The position numbers and the translations under genes are program-made. The notes under the pieces were generated by a model that was not told where the DNA came from, ran no database searches, and was given only the letters and a program-made list of their open reading frames with translations. Below, one piece after another: positions 37,128-48,770 of a DNA stretch of 59,567 nucleotides (its first letter is position 1; each line of letters starts with the position of its first letter). The DNA lies in NCBI GenBank assembly GCA_045593145.1, contig JAZNWC010000013.1:1-59567 (forward strand), in the 5' to 3' direction. Source of the stretch: Candidatus Nanosyncoccus sp. GTDB taxonomy: Bacteria > Patescibacteriota > Saccharimonadia > Saccharimonadales > Saccharimonadaceae.

Positions 37128-40007
37128 TTATAGCACTTGCTTCAAATATTCCCCCGTTGGTGTCTTGGCAGATTTTGCCAGCTGCTCTGGTGTGCCAGTT
37201 GCCACAATCTCACCACCTTTTAGTCCACCTTCCGGCCCCATGTCTATCACCCAGTCCGCCGATTTTATCACATGCAAATTATGTTCAATGATAATCATCG
37301 AATTACCGCCATCTACCAATTTATTCAAAATCGCAAGTAATCTTTTAACATCATCCGTATGCAACCCAGTCGTAGGCTCGTCCAAAATATAAAGTGTCTT
37401 CCCAGTAGACCTCCGCGCCAATTCCGTCGCGAGTTTAATTCTCTGCGCTTCGCCGCCAGAAAATGTCGTTGCTGGTTGCCCCAAACGAATATAACCTAGC
37501 CCCACTTCTTGTATCGTACGAAGTTTTGATGCAATCGACGGAATATTAGCAAAAAACTCCACCGCTTCATCAATCGTCATGTTCAAGACTTCCGAAATAT
37601 CTTTGCCTTTATACTTAATCTCCAGCGCCTCGCTATTATAACGTTTACCATGACAAGCCGGACAAGTTACATACACATCCGGCAAAAAATGCATTTCGAT
37701 TTTGTTTACACCATCACCCTGGCAGTGTTCACATCTGCCACCCTTCACGTTAAAACTAAACCTACCAGCTTTATACCCACGCACTTCTGCCTCTGGCTGT
37801 GATGCAAATAATTCACGAATCGCATTAAACACGCCAGTATAAGTCGCCGGGTTAGATCTTGGCGTCCTGCCAATCGGGCTCTGGTCTATCACGATCACTT
37901 TATTAATATTTTCAATCCCATCAATTTTTTCATGCGTACCAGACACCGTTTGTGCACGATGCAGTCTCGCCAGAAGTTCATTCGCCAGAATATTATTTAC
38001 CAAAGTGGATTTACCCGAACCAGATACACCAGACACCACCGTCATCACACCCAGCGGAAAATGCGCATCAATATTTTTGAGATTATTTTCCCTAGCACCA
38101 CGCACCACCAGCTCATAACCTTCACGAATCTTGCGACGTTTCTTTGGAGTAGGAATTGCTAATTCGCCAGAAAGATATTTACCAGTAATAGAATCGTCGT
38201 CTTTCATAATTTCTTCTGGCGTACCAGCCGCCACCAGCTTACCGCCCTTCGCGCCTGCCCCCGGGCCAATATCTACGATATAATCAGACGCTCGCATCGT
38301 GTCTTCGTCGTGCTCCACCACAAGAACTGTATTTTTAAGATCACGAAGATGTTTAAGCGTTGCAATTAATTTATCATTATCCCGCTGATGAAGCCCAATC
38401 GACGGCTCATCTAGTACATACAAAACACCCTGCAACCCAGACCCAATTTGTGTCGCCAATCTAATTCTCTGCGCCTCACCGCCCGAAAGTGTATTTGCCG
38501 CACGTCCAAGCTCCAGATACCCCAGCCCCACATCCTGCATAAATTTCACCCGTTCGCGAATTTCCTTCAAAATCGGCTTCGCAATCAGCTCCTCTTCTTC
38601 TGTAAATCCAAGGTCCTGGTTTAATACTTCAATCGTTGCATCCACATCCAAATTACACATATCTACAATATTAAGGTCATGCACCGTCACCGCGAGCACA
38701 GCCGGCTTTAGTCTTGCCCCATGACAAGTTTGGCACTCCCTTACACGCATAAATCTTTCAATGTCATGCTTCATAAATTCCGAAACTTTCGGATCATTAT
38801 AGCGGCGCTCCAATGTCGGAATTACACCCTCATAAGTAGTTTCATATTTAGTCCCATCCGCAAATCTACCAGATCCCGTAATTTTCATCTCATATTTTTC
38901 ATCACCCGTACCATATAATATAATATGCTGTGCTTCTTCGGATAGTTCGCCAATCGGCACGTGCAAAGAAAAATTATGTTTCATTCCCACCTGCGCAAGC
39001 CTTTTTAGCCACCAAGAATCTTGCTGCACTCTATTAAATGGTCTAATCCCGCCCTCCGCAATCGTCAGATTTTTGTTAAACACTAGTCCTGGGTCTACTT
39101 CCATTCTCGAGCCAAGCCCAGTACAAGTCGGGCAAGCCCCCTCCGGCGCATTAAACGAAAACAGCCTCGGCGTAAGTTCCGGGATTAGCTCATCTGGATG
39201 GTCCGGACAAGCATATCTTTGTGAATAAGTTAGAACTTCAGTTTTGTCCGCATTAATTCTCGACTCTCCCACCGCCACCGAATTATCATTAATTTTGAGC
39301 AGTTTAATAATCCCTTGCCCGAGTTCCAAAGCCTGCTCTATTGAACCACTAATCCTAGTATGCAAGTCTGGATTTAGCACAAATCTATCTACTACGATTT
39401 CAATATCATGCCTCTCGTTTTTATTTAATTCTGGAAATTCATCAAGCACATAAATAATTCCGTCTACTCTTACCCTAGAAAAACCTTTCGCAGAGTACTG
39501 TTCCGGGATATGCAAAAACTCACCCTTCTTTGCCGACACAATCGGCGCAAGTAACATTAATTTAGAGCCGAGTGGCAATTTCATCACTTCATTTACAATA
39601 TCGTCCACCGTCCTACGGCTCACCGGTTTATGACAAACCGGACAATGTGGCACACCTACCCGCGCAAATAAAAGACGCAGATAATCATATACTTCCGTCA
39701 CTGTCGCCACAGTAGAGCGCGGATTCCTAGAGGTGGACTTTTGGTCTATCGAAATCGCCGGAGAAAGCCCCGTAATAGAATCCACATCCGGCTTATCCAT
39801 AATCCCAAGAAACATCCTCGCATAAGAAGAGAGCGACTCCACATAACGCCTCTGCCCTTCCGCATAAATCGTGTCAAAAGCAAGACTAGATTTACCAGAC
39901 CCAGATAATCCCGTAATAATCACGAGTTTATCGCGCGGAATATCTACATCAAGATCCTTTAGATTATTCTGTCTTGCGCCCCGAATTCGTATAAAATTAT
40001 CTTCCAT
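37128..40007 (-). CDS. uvrA: Excinuclease ABC subunit A
   Basis: [23 protein letters not shown], two ABC domains, LSGGEAQRI, Zn fingers. Confidence 0.98.
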   Translation of the reverse strand: MEDNFIRIRGARQNNLKDLDVDIPRDKLVIITGLSGSGKSSLAFDTIYAEGQRRYVESLSSYARMFLGIMDKPDVDSITGLSPAISIDQKSTSRNPRSTVATVTEVYDYLRLLFARVGVPHCPVCHKPVSRRTVDDIVNEVMKLPLGSKLMLLAPIVSAKKGEFLHIPEQYSAKGFSRVRVDGIIYVLDEFPELNKNERHDIEIVVDRFVLNPDLHTRISGSIEQALELGQGIIKLLKINDNSVAVGESRINADKTEVLTYSQRYACPDHPDELIPELTPRLFSFNAPEGACPTCTGLGSRMEVDPGLVFNKNLTIAEGGIRPFNRVQQDSWWLKRLAQVGMKHNFSLHVPIGELSEEAQHIILYGTGDEKYEMKITGSGRFADGTKYETTYEGVIPTLERRYNDPKVSEFMKHDIERFMRVRECQTCHGARLKPAVLAVTVHDLNIVDMCNLDVDATIEVLNQDLGFTEEEELIAKPILKEIRERVKFMQDVGLGYLELGRAANTLSGGEAQRIRLATQIGSGLQGVLYVLDEPSIGLHQRDNDKLIATLKHLRDLKNTVLVVEHDEDTMRASDYIVDIGPGAGAKGGKLVAAGTPEEIMKDDDSITGKYLSGELAIPTPKKRRKIREGYELVVRGARENNLKNIDAHFPLGVMTVVSGVSGSGKSTLVNNILANELLARLHRAQTVSGTHEKIDGIENINKVIVIDQSPIGRTPRSNPATYTGVFNAIRELFASQPEAEVRGYKAGRFSFNVKGGRCEHCQGDGVNKIEMHFLPDVYVTCPACHGKRYNSEALEIKYKGKDISEVLNMTIDEAVEFFANIPSIASKLRTIQEVGLGYIRLGQPATTFSGGEAQRIKLATELARRSTGKTLYILDEPTTGLHTDDVKRLLAILNKLVDGGNSMIIIEHNLHVIKSADWVIDMGPEGGLKGGEIVATGTPEQLAKSAKTPTGEYLKQVL

Positions 40008-40050
40008 AAACGCGTATATTATATCAAAAAAATCAAGTTCTGTCCAGATA

Positions 40051-41682
40051 CTAGAGCGTCACACCGAAATATTTTTTGGCATCAGCCCTTACCACACTGT
40101 TTCTTTCACTCACCGCCTTTTTTAACAAGTTTATCCACCCTTGCCAAGACGCATATTCTTCATCAGAATAAAAAATCCGCATTTGTCTATCAATTTTTGC
40201 CGCTTCCTCATCTACTATATTTAATACATGCCCAGTCTCAAACGGTCCATTTATCAAATTACGCAAAATGCCAACAAATTTATTCCTGTAATAATCAGAT
40301 GCCATCACATTTTTAAACATTGAACCTTCACCCCTATACTTATTCTCCATCAAAAACTCAAAAATGTCTCCTATCGCACCCGGATAATAGTTTTCGTTAC
40401 CATCTATATACCAAGTTAAATCTGTATCATAAATCAAAAATCTATACCTGCCATCTTCATATTCATTATAAGATTCATTGCCATCGTTTTCATATCTCCA
40501 CATCTCAAAATTGTTCTGTGGCCAATCTGTATTATTCCACATAATCTGTAAAGCATAGTACATCAAATAATTATCCATATCCACAGCGTTCTCCAACGCC
40601 TCCCTATTTTCTGCTACATTCAAATTTTGCCGAAAAAGTTTATCAATTCCCACCTCCTGAAGTACTCCTGACTCACTTTCCTTATATTTTGCAACCAAAT
40701 TGGAATTCGGTAAATCAAAATTATCAGCCAAAAACGAATCTGAATAACTTTGTTGTGCATCAAATATCCCATAAAACTCGTTGTTCAAAAATACTACCAC
40801 ACGCTTCGTTTCACTACCGCCATCAAATCCACTCTCTTTTATTAGTCTACTCGCTACACTAGAGCGTACATTGCCAAAGTTTTGGTCCTGTGCCCCAGAC
40901 CTAAGACGCAAACTATTATATAGTCTAAAGCCATCACCAAAATCAAACGAAATCTTGTCATAACCATATTTTTTGTTCCCCACCAGCTTCAGAGATTTTA
41001 TCGCCAAAGCTGAAGAAGTACCACCAGCAACTTGCAACCCTATATTTTTATCAAGCTTCAACACGCCTCCTTCACTAAACATAGCTATATGAGCATCCCT
41101 AATCCATTCTTCATCCCGCCACCGAAAGTTCCCCATCACATCAATTCGTTCGTATTTATTACTGTTTTCTATATCATCACGAGTCTTTCCCGGCACCATA
41201 ATACCAGTTTCATAATCGTACAAACTTTTTTGCGAACTAGTAATACTTACAATATCCAAATCCACATCATTTGACAAATCATTTCCCAGCACGTAAGTTG
41301 CATAAACTGGGGCACCACATCTTTCCGCGTCGCAAAAACTCGCTTTTATGGTGTACACTTTATACCCATTCTCCGGCACTGCCAAACTAATCGCCCTCTC
41401 ATAATCCAGACTATCATTTTCCAAATCATCACCGTTTAAGTTGTATTTTATTTTTGTAAAGTTCGGTAAATTAGACGCGTTAATACTCACATTTATGTCT
41501 TCATTATAAAAACCGCTTGCTACATCAAAACTCAGTTTGGTATTTTTTGATGGTCCCTGCCCAAACAATATCAAAACGGCTACTATCAACACCGCCAAAC
41601 TAGCTACGCATAGCAAAAAACTACCATGGTTACAAAACCAATTTTTTACCCGTCCGTTAAAACTATCCTGTTTCTTTTTCAC
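40051..41682 (-). CDS. Membrane-anchored CotH-family kinase
   Basis: N-terminal TM, SGFY FN3/chitobiase-like linker, [29 protein letters not shown]. Confidence 0.82.
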   Translation of the reverse strand: MKKKQDSFNGRVKNWFCNHGSFLLCVASLAVLIVAVLILFGQGPSKNTKLSFDVASGFYNEDINVSINASNLPNFTKIKYNLNGDDLENDSLDYERAISLAVPENGYKVYTIKASFCDAERCGAPVYATYVLGNDLSNDVDLDIVSITSSQKSLYDYETGIMVPGKTRDDIENSNKYERIDVMGNFRWRDEEWIRDAHIAMFSEGGVLKLDKNIGLQVAGGTSSALAIKSLKLVGNKKYGYDKISFDFGDGFRLYNSLRLRSGAQDQNFGNVRSSVASRLIKESGFDGGSETKRVVVFLNNEFYGIFDAQQSYSDSFLADNFDLPNSNLVAKYKESESGVLQEVGIDKLFRQNLNVAENREALENAVDMDNYLMYYALQIMWNNTDWPQNNFEMWRYENDGNESYNEYEDGRYRFLIYDTDLTWYIDGNENYYPGAIGDIFEFLMENKYRGEGSMFKNVMASDYYRNKFVGILRNLINGPFETGHVLNIVDEEAAKIDRQMRIFYSDEEYASWQGWINLLKKAVSERNSVVRADAKKYFGVTL

Positions 41683-41734
41683 TTATTCTTATTATACAAC
41701 AATTCCAAGTCGTTTTTGTGATACAATAGTCTAT

Positions 41735-42547
41735 ATGGCAATACCAAATTTTTTGTACAAAGGTAATCGTGTCCTCTTAAAGGAATTGACCAAAACCGAC
41801 TTTAAACTTCGCTACCAAGGCTCTATCCTTGGTTATCTATGGGCGCTGCTTCGCCCTCTCATGATGTTTGCTATATTATATATAGTGTTCACCAAGCTCC
41901 TCAAATTCGGCAGCGACATTCCCCATTACCCAGTCTACTTACTCGTAGGTACCACCCTCTGGAGCTTCTTCAACGAATGTACTTCTCAGGGTATCCAAGC
42001 CATCGTTCAGCGTGGCGAACTCCTTCGCAAAATCTGTTTCCCAAAATACATCGTTGTAGTTTCTGCTACTCTTACTGCCGTTATTAATTTACTCATCAAC
42101 CTTGTAGTTGTCGTAATTTTCGCACTTATCAACGGCGTCACTCCTAGCATCACCTGGCTCATCGTCCCAATACTAATCTTTGAGCTATATATTCTCGCCC
42201 TTGGTATTTCTTTTTTACTTGGAGCTATCAACGTTAAATACCGCGACATTACTTCAATTTGGGAAGTATTAACTCAGGCTCTCTTCTATGCTGTGCCAAT
42301 CATTTATCCTATTGCTATGGTTGCCGATACTTCCGCCACTGCCGCCAAAGTCATTCTTTTAAATCCTATTGCGCAAGCCATCCAAGATATCCGCTATTGC
42401 CTAATTACTCCAGAGACTATCACGTCGTGGGATTTCATTCAAAACCCATTTTTAAAACTTGTCCCTATCCTAATTGTTATCATCTTCCTAGTTTGGGGCT
42501 CTTGGTATTTCCGCAAAAAATCTAAACGCTTCGCGGAGGAAATCTAA
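41735..42547 (+). CDS. wzm: Polysaccharide ABC exporter permease (Wzm/RgpC-like)
   Basis: TDFKLRYQGSILGYLW.LLRPL, KYRDI..IWE, FYAVPIIYP; start at ATG 41735. Confidence 0.93.
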   Translation: MAIPNFLYKGNRVLLKELTKTDFKLRYQGSILGYLWALLRPLMMFAILYIVFTKLLKFGSDIPHYPVYLLVGTTLWSFFNECTSQGIQAIVQRGELLRKICFPKYIVVVSATLTAVINLLINLVVVVIFALINGVTPSITWLIVPILIFELYILALGISFLLGAINVKYRDITSIWEVLTQALFYAVPIIYPIAMVADTSATAAKVILLNPIAQAIQDIRYCLITPETITSWDFIQNPFLKLVPILIVIIFLVWGSWYFRKKSKRFAEEI

Positions 42548-43284
42548 TGCAAGACGACATCGCAATCTCAGTCAAAAACATCCACAAAAGTTTTCGCCTC
42601 CCTACCGAACGCGCCTGGGGGTTAAAACAAGCTATTTTCAATCGCCTCAAAGGCATCAAAGGCTACAAAGAACAAAAAGTCCTAAACGGCATTAGTTTTG
42701 ATATTCATCGTGGCGAATTCGTCGGTATCGTTGGCCGCAACGGCTCTGGCAAATCCACTCTCCTAAAATCCCTCGCCAAAATCTATTTTCCCGAAAAGGG
42801 CTCTGTAGAAATCAATGGTAATCTTATCCCATTTATCGAACTTGGCGTTGGATTCAACCCAGATTTGTCCGGCCGCGAAAATATCTATCTAAACGGCGCA
42901 ATGCTTGGTTTTTCCAACAAAGAAGTCGACGCCATGTATGACGAAATTGTTGATTTTGCCGAGCTTCGTCCATTTATGGACCAAAAACTCAAGAATTTTT
43001 CTTCCGGCATGCAAGTCCGCCTCGCTTTTTCCATTGCTATCCGCGCCCGCGGCGATATTCTTTTATTAGATGAGGTCCTTGCCGTAGGCGACGCTGCTTT
43101 CCAGAAAAAATGTAACGATTATTTTGCCGAAATCAAAGGCAAACAAACCGTCATCCTCGTTACCCACTCCATGGGCAATGTCCGCAAATATTGCGATCGT
43201 GCTATCCTCATCGAAGAAGGTAAAGTAAAATTAGACGGCGACCCACAGAAAGTAGCAACAGCCTATGAAAAACTTTGGCAATAA
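42547..43284 (+). CDS. wzt: Polysaccharide ABC exporter ATPase (Wzt/RgpD-like), no C-terminal CBM
   Basis: GRNGSGKST, FSSGMQVRLAF, LLDEVLAVGD. Confidence 0.93.
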   Translation: MQDDIAISVKNIHKSFRLPTERAWGLKQAIFNRLKGIKGYKEQKVLNGISFDIHRGEFVGIVGRNGSGKSTLLKSLAKIYFPEKGSVEINGNLIPFIELGVGFNPDLSGRENIYLNGAMLGFSNKEVDAMYDEIVDFAELRPFMDQKLKNFSSGMQVRLAFSIAIRARGDILLLDEVLAVGDAAFQKKCNDYFAEIKGKQTVILVTHSMGNVRKYCDRAILIEEGKVKLDGDPQKVATAYEKLWQ

Positions 43285-44818
43285 ACTAAAATCCTTCATT
43301 TTAGAAAACAAACTTTACGTAATTTGCGCGAGTTTTTTGTTACTCGCCAACATCATCATTCTTATTGCTGTATACATCAACTATCATAGCGTCCTAGATG
43401 ATACTTTCAGAATCATTCTTGCAGTTTCCGCCATCCTAGAAATCATATTATGTTTTATCTTATATATCGCAAAAAAACACCACTGGCGTATCGAAAATCT
43501 TTTTCTAGTACTCGGCCTCAGCACTGGTTTATTGTACGCATTCGCCATACCACTAAGTTGTGTACCAGACGAAATAGCACACTTTTTCCGCATTTACGAA
43601 ATCTCCGATGGCTATCTCGCTACCACAGTTAGCGACAACGGTTTATTCACTGGTAGTGTACAGCCAGTCAATCTCCAACTCACCATGTCGGACCTCGTCC
43701 AGGGCAAAGTGAAATATTCTCAAATCATAGAAAAACTTGACTACTACGACGAAGAGCCCGAAGATTTTGCTGCCAACTCCGCAGGCGGCTATAGTATTAT
43801 TAGTTATTTACCACACACCGTCGGTATGTTTATCGGCAAAACGCTTAATCTCCCAATTATCGTATCCGCCTACATTGCCAGAGTTTTTCATCTAGTTACA
43901 TGTATTCTGATATTATATTTTTGTATCAAATATCTCCCCTTCCTAAAATTCTTTGTTTTTTATTTTGCATTCTTGCCTATGTCTATGCAATCTATGGCCT
44001 CCCTCTCCGCGGACGGCTTTTTAATCTGCTGTTCTTTTGCCCTCATTACTTTTGTCCTTCATGCTACTTTTAACATCAATTTCAAAATCAAGCCCAAACA
44101 CCTTTTGTTGCTTCTTTTGCTATGTCTTGTCATATCACTAGGCAAATACATTTATTCACCAATTTGTCTTCTTCTGTTTACCATACCAAAAGAACGTTTT
44201 GGCAATCTCACTCGCAAACTCATCACTATTTGTTCACTTGGTGCCATCACCTCCATCGCTCTTCTCATTTGGCTACGCAGCGTACCAGCCTTATCTAGTG
44301 TCACGGATACTAGCACCCAAATAGACACACTCATTCACAGCCCATTTTCCTTTGTCGGTATTCTTTTCAAAACCATTATTGTCAAAACTCCAGTCTATGC
44401 CGGCCAAGTTTTTGGGCGTTTCCTAGAATGGTACACATTAGTCCTTTCTTTCGCATATGTTATCCCGTCATTTTTGCTTTTTATTTATATCATCATCAAA
44501 GAACGAAAAGGCGCCTTTATATCTAGGTGGTTCCGTATTTTATCAATTTTTGCCATTTCTTTTGCCTCTCTCGCTTCATTCTTAATTATGTACATTCAAT
44601 GGACGCCTACCGACGCAGATGTTATCCAAGGCGTACAAGGTCGCTATTTTATGCCACTCTTTCTCCTCATCCCGATCATTACTTTCTCGGCTGCCAAGAA
44701 AAATAAAAAAATCACCAAAAAAACTTCATTCCCAGTTTACCAAAACAATTACATTTATCTTTTCATCATCTTTGAAACCGTCTATGCTCTCACCGCAGCA
44801 GTTTGCTTCCATATCTAG
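43265..44818 (+). CDS. DUF2142 polytopic GT-C glycosyltransferase (GacL-like)
   Basis: P....PDE.AHF, SLSADG, GVQGRYFMP; many TM helices. Confidence 0.8.
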   Translation: MKNFGNKLKSFILENKLYVICASFLLLANIIILIAVYINYHSVLDDTFRIILAVSAILEIILCFILYIAKKHHWRIENLFLVLGLSTGLLYAFAIPLSCVPDEIAHFFRIYEISDGYLATTVSDNGLFTGSVQPVNLQLTMSDLVQGKVKYSQIIEKLDYYDEEPEDFAANSAGGYSIISYLPHTVGMFIGKTLNLPIIVSAYIARVFHLVTCILILYFCIKYLPFLKFFVFYFAFLPMSMQSMASLSADGFLICCSFALITFVLHATFNINFKIKPKHLLLLLLLCLVISLGKYIYSPICLLLFTIPKERFGNLTRKLITICSLGAITSIALLIWLRSVPALSSVTDTSTQIDTLIHSPFSFVGILFKTIIVKTPVYAGQVFGRFLEWYTLVLSFAYVIPSFLLFIYIIIKERKGAFISRWFRILSIFAISFASLASFLIMYIQWTPTDADVIQGVQGRYFMPLFLLIPIITFSAAKKNKKITKKTSFPVYQNNYIYLFIIFETVYALTAAVCFHI

Positions 44819-44839
44819 CAAGTGCTATAATTATATTCA

Positions 44840-45553
44840 ATGAAACCAAAAATTCTGCTGATTATCCCAGCCTACAACGAAGAAAAATCCATTTCAAAAA
44901 CTCTAGAAACAGTGCTTGCCTCTGGCTATGATTACATTGTTATCAACGACGGTTCTACCGATAGTACCGCAGATATTCTCGAAAAAGGCAATTTCAATCA
45001 TATTAATTTACTAAACAACCTCGGTATTGGTGGCGCCGTCCAAACTGGCTACCAATATGCCTACGACAATAATTATGATATCGCCATCCAGTTTGACGCC
45101 GATGGCCAACACGACATTTCTTTTGTTGATGCCCTTGTCCAGCCAATCATAGGCAAAAAAGCCGACCTCGTTATTGGCTCTTGTTTTATTGATAAAAAAT
45201 TCAGCGGTCAACGCTCCTCCAAAATCCGCCGTCTTGGTATCCGCTTTTTGTCCAATTTCATCTTCGTCCTTTCTGGTGGCAAACGCATCCACGATCCCAC
45301 TTCCGGTTTTCGTGCCGCCAACCGTTCCATTATCGAACGTTTTGCCATGGACTATCCCACCGAATACCCCGAACCAGTCTCCAACTACGAGTTGCTCCGT
45401 TCCAAACATTTTAAAATTGTAGAAGTTCCCGTCAAAATGAACAAACGCACCGGCGGCAAATCCAGCATCCATTCCTGGAAAAGCGCCTATGCCGCTTTTA
45501 ATGTTATGCTATCAATTTTAATATTAAGTTTAGGGAGAAAAAAATATGACTAG
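44840..45553 (+). CDS. GT2 polyprenol-phosphate glycosyltransferase (GacI/DPM-like)
   Basis: IIPAYNEE, NDGSTD, NLGIGGAVQTGY, QFDADGQH, DPTSGFRA. Confidence 0.9.
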   Translation: MKPKILLIIPAYNEEKSISKTLETVLASGYDYIVINDGSTDSTADILEKGNFNHINLLNNLGIGGAVQTGYQYAYDNNYDIAIQFDADGQHDISFVDALVQPIIGKKADLVIGSCFIDKKFSGQRSSKIRRLGIRFLSNFIFVLSGGKRIHDPTSGFRAANRSIIERFAMDYPTEYPEPVSNYELLRSKHFKIVEVPVKMNKRTGGKSSIHSWKSAYAAFNVMLSILILSLGRKKYD

Positions 45554-45896
45554 TCTTCAAATTGAAATGTCCGTCGCGGCAGTCTTTTCATTAGCTTTAA
45601 TTTTAATTTTCTTAAAAAAGAACTCTCTGTCCGTCAAAAATTCCCTTGCCTGGCTTTTACTTCCACTTGCCTGTCTCATCATTGCTATTTTCCCAGACCC
45701 GCTTGCCAAATTCTCCGGTTGGCTCGGCTTTGAAATGCCATCCAACTTTTTCTTTGTTGTCCTCATCGGTATACTTTTTCTTATTTGTTTTTTTCTCACT
45801 ATTTCTATCAGCCATTTACAAGCCAAAATCACCAAACTCATCCAGGAAGTATCAATTCTAAAACAAAAAGTAGAAAAAAATGACAAAAAGAAATAA
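45546..45896 (+). CDS. DUF2304 small membrane protein (GacJ-like)
   Basis: Three TM helices, LGFEMPSN, KITKLIQEVSI; coupled to the GT2 gene. Confidence 0.82.
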   Translation: MTSLQIEMSVAAVFSLALILIFLKKNSLSVKNSLAWLLLPLACLIIAIFPDPLAKFSGWLGFEMPSNFFFVVLIGILFLICFFLTISISHLQAKITKLIQEVSILKQKVEKNDKKK

Positions 45897-47118
45897 CACC
45901 AAAAATTTTATCTGGAACGCCATCGGTCTCACTCTCAATTCTTTTAATTCGCTCTTTTTTCTAATCGCCGTTCGTTATATCAATGGCGTAGACATTGCTG
46001 GCATTTTTACCTATGCTTTTGCGCTCTGCTCACTTTTTTACATCATTTCTATTTATTACAACCGCTCTTTCCAAGTTTCAGATGCCAAAAACAAATTTTC
46101 TTTTAGCGATTATTTCACTTGTCGCATTATCACTAGTATCGCCAGCTTTTTAATCATCCTTATTTTTTGCCTCATCAATCAATGCGACATTTTTACCACT
46201 GCCGTTATTTCTATGTTGATGCTTTTCCGTATTGTAGAAGCAGTTAGTGATTGTTTTTATGGCGCTATCCACAAAAAATCTCACCTTTATCAAACTGGCA
46301 TTTCCCTTGCCACTAAAGCCATCCTCGGCCTTGGCGTTTTTATTCTCACAGATTTTCTCACCCACAATCTTCTTTTTGCCACCGGCTCACTTATTCTTGT
46401 CAATATCGCAATCTTCTTTATCTACGACACCAAAAACTATCGCAAATTATATCAAGAAACTTTAACCTTTAATTTCAAAAACTTAAAATCAATTTTAAAA
46501 ACTTGTTTCCCAGTTTTTCTTTTCTCTATTCTTTCACTTTATCTTGCTAACTGTCAAAAATACATCCTGCCATATTTTGATTCCAACGAAGCTCAAACTA
46601 TTTTCGGTATTCTTATTATGCCAGCCACCATTTTAAGCCTTATTGGTTCCTATCTCATTAACCCAGTTCTTGACACTCTCACCAAACATTACGAATCCAA
46701 AAATTTCACTGCCTACATCAAACTTTCACAAAAAACCTTGCTCCTACTTCTTGGCATCGGAGTTCTCGCAATTATCGCAAGTTATTTCTTTGGCATTCCA
46801 GTCTTAGAGTTAATTTACCATCTAGATCTCTCTACCTTCCGCCTTGCGCTAGTTATGATTGTGGTAGCTTCTATCTTCTTTGCTATCGCCATGATTATTT
46901 CCAGTCTCCTTACCGTCATCAAAGAAAACCGTCGCCAAACTTATATTTATATTGTTACCTCCATCTTTGCTACTGTTATTTCTATTTTCCTCATTCAGCA
47001 TTCCGGCATCATCGGTGCCGCCTACTCCTTCCTTTTCTCTAGTATTGTCCTAGTTATTCTCTACATTCTCTTGCTACAAATCAAACTTCACAGTTTAAGG
47101 AAAACTCATGGAAAATAA
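45880..47118 (+). CDS. Wzx-like oligosaccharide flippase
   Basis: KNFIWNAIG N-terminus, ~12 TM helices, GIIGAAYS. Confidence 0.82.
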   Translation: MTKRNNTKNFIWNAIGLTLNSFNSLFFLIAVRYINGVDIAGIFTYAFALCSLFYIISIYYNRSFQVSDAKNKFSFSDYFTCRIITSIASFLIILIFCLINQCDIFTTAVISMLMLFRIVEAVSDCFYGAIHKKSHLYQTGISLATKAILGLGVFILTDFLTHNLLFATGSLILVNIAIFFIYDTKNYRKLYQETLTFNFKNLKSILKTCFPVFLFSILSLYLANCQKYILPYFDSNEAQTIFGILIMPATILSLIGSYLINPVLDTLTKHYESKNFTAYIKLSQKTLLLLLGIGVLAIIASYFFGIPVLELIYHLDLSTFRLALVMIVVASIFFAIAMIISSLLTVIKENRRQTYIYIVTSIFATVISIFLIQHSGIIGAAYSFLFSSIVLVILYILLLQIKLHSLRKTHGK

Positions 47119-47899
47119 TCTAGTTCATACTTTTGTTATTCTCGCCTACAAAGAAAGCGAATTTTTAGAAAAATGCATCAAATCAGTCACTAATCAAACC
47201 GTAAAAAGCCGAGTAGTTATTGCTACCACCACGCCAAACTCATCCATTAAAAACCTCGCCAAAAAATACGATTTAAAAATAATCACTAGCGAGCACACTG
47301 ACATCGGCGGTGATTTTGATTTTGCATTAAGTTCTGGCGCCACACCACTTGTTACTATCGCCCATCAAGACGACATTTATGATAAAGATTATTCCGCGCA
47401 GGTCATCAAAGCCTACCAAAAACACCCCAAGTCTTCTATCATTTTTACAGACTACTACGAAATCAGAAATGGCAAAAAAGTCTCTAAAAACGCTAATCTC
47501 ATGATTAAACGTATTTTACTTTTCCCAGCCAAAATCAAAAATCCAAAATCCAAATTTGGAAAACGCAATCTCTTACGTTTTGGCAATGCCATTTCCTGTC
47601 CTACCGTTACTTTTGTTACATCTAACTGTCCTAAAAAAATCTTCACTTCAAATTTCGAATGTAACGTCGATTGGCATGCTTGGGAAACTCTCAGCAAAAA
47701 ACCTGGCACTTTTGTTTATATCCCAAAACCACTTATGGGCCATCGCATTTCCACAGACACCACCACCACCGAAATCATCGCTCGTGGCGTTCGCACCAAA
47801 GAAGATTACGCAATCTTCAAACGTTTCTGGCCAAAACCAATCGCCAAACTTTTTACCAAACTTTACCAAAAAAGCGAAAAATCTAATTCTCTAAAGTAG
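47108..47899 (+). CDS. Glycosyltransferase family 2
   Basis: HTFVILAYKES..LE.CI.S, AHQDDIY. Confidence 0.85.
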   Translation: MENNLVHTFVILAYKESEFLEKCIKSVTNQTVKSRVVIATTTPNSSIKNLAKKYDLKIITSEHTDIGGDFDFALSSGATPLVTIAHQDDIYDKDYSAQVIKAYQKHPKSSIIFTDYYEIRNGKKVSKNANLMIKRILLFPAKIKNPKSKFGKRNLLRFGNAISCPTVTFVTSNCPKKIFTSNFECNVDWHAWETLSKKPGTFVYIPKPLMGHRISTDTTTTEIIARGVRTKEDYAIFKRFWPKPIAKLFTKLYQKSEKSNSLK

Positions 47900-48770
47900 C
47901 AAGAAATCTTCTTACCGCATCCTGCCATTCTGGCAAAGGCTTAAATCCATTCTCCACTAATTTAGACTTATCTAGTCTAGAATTAAATGGTCTTTTTGCC
48001 ACCGATTCGCCATATTCCGCTGTAGTCACCCGTTCTACTTTTACATTCATACCAGCTTGTTTATAAATCTCTTCAGTAAAATCCGCCCAAGAAATATAAC
48101 CACCTTCATTTGTTGCATGATAGTAGCCATATTTATCAGTCTCAATCATGTCTACAAGAAGTCTCGCAAGGTCCACCGTATAAGTTGGCGTACCAATTTG
48201 GTCATCTACCACCCGCACTGTGTCGTGGTTTTTTCCAACCTCAATCATAGTCTTGATAAAGTTTTTGCCATTTCTACCAAACACCCAAGCAATTCGCACA
48301 ATAAAATACTTATCCAAGGTTTCTGCCACCGCAAGCTCCCCGTCCAATTTAGACTGTCCATACACATTGAGTGGTGCATAGTTCTTATCATCTGGTTGCC
48401 ATGGACGTTCACCCTGTCCATCAAACACATAATCCGTAGAAATATACACGAATTTCGCATCCACCGCTTTTGCTGCTTCCGCCAAATTACGTGTACCATC
48501 TACATTCACCACTCGTACTTTTTCAACGTTTTCTGGCGCTTCTGCCCCATCTACATTTGTCCAAGCTGCACAGTGTACAATCACATCCGGATTAACTTCT
48601 TTTACTACTTCCATTACTCGTGCTTTGTCGGTAATATCTAGAATCACATGTTCAAATTCCGCATCAGATTCAGACCTATCCGCGCCAATTCCTTCATAAC
48701 CACGGCGCGCTAGCTCCTCCATCACATCAAAACCAAGTTGCCCACTCGTCCCAGTCACTAATACTTTCAT
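47883..48770 (-). CDS. rmlD: dTDP-4-dehydrorhamnose reductase
   Basis: GTSGQLG, HCAAWTNVD, STDYVFDG, YGQSK, DDQIGTPT. Confidence 0.96.
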   Translation of the reverse strand: MKVLVTGTSGQLGFDVMEELARRGYEGIGADRSESDAEFEHVILDITDKARVMEVVKEVNPDVIVHCAAWTNVDGAEAPENVEKVRVVNVDGTRNLAEAAKAVDAKFVYISTDYVFDGQGERPWQPDDKNYAPLNVYGQSKLDGELAVAETLDKYFIVRIAWVFGRNGKNFIKTMIEVGKNHDTVRVVDDQIGTPTYTVDLARLLVDMIETDKYGYYHATNEGGYISWADFTEEIYKQAGMNVKVERVTTAEYGESVAKRPFNSRLDKSKLVENGFKPLPEWQDAVRRFLATLEN

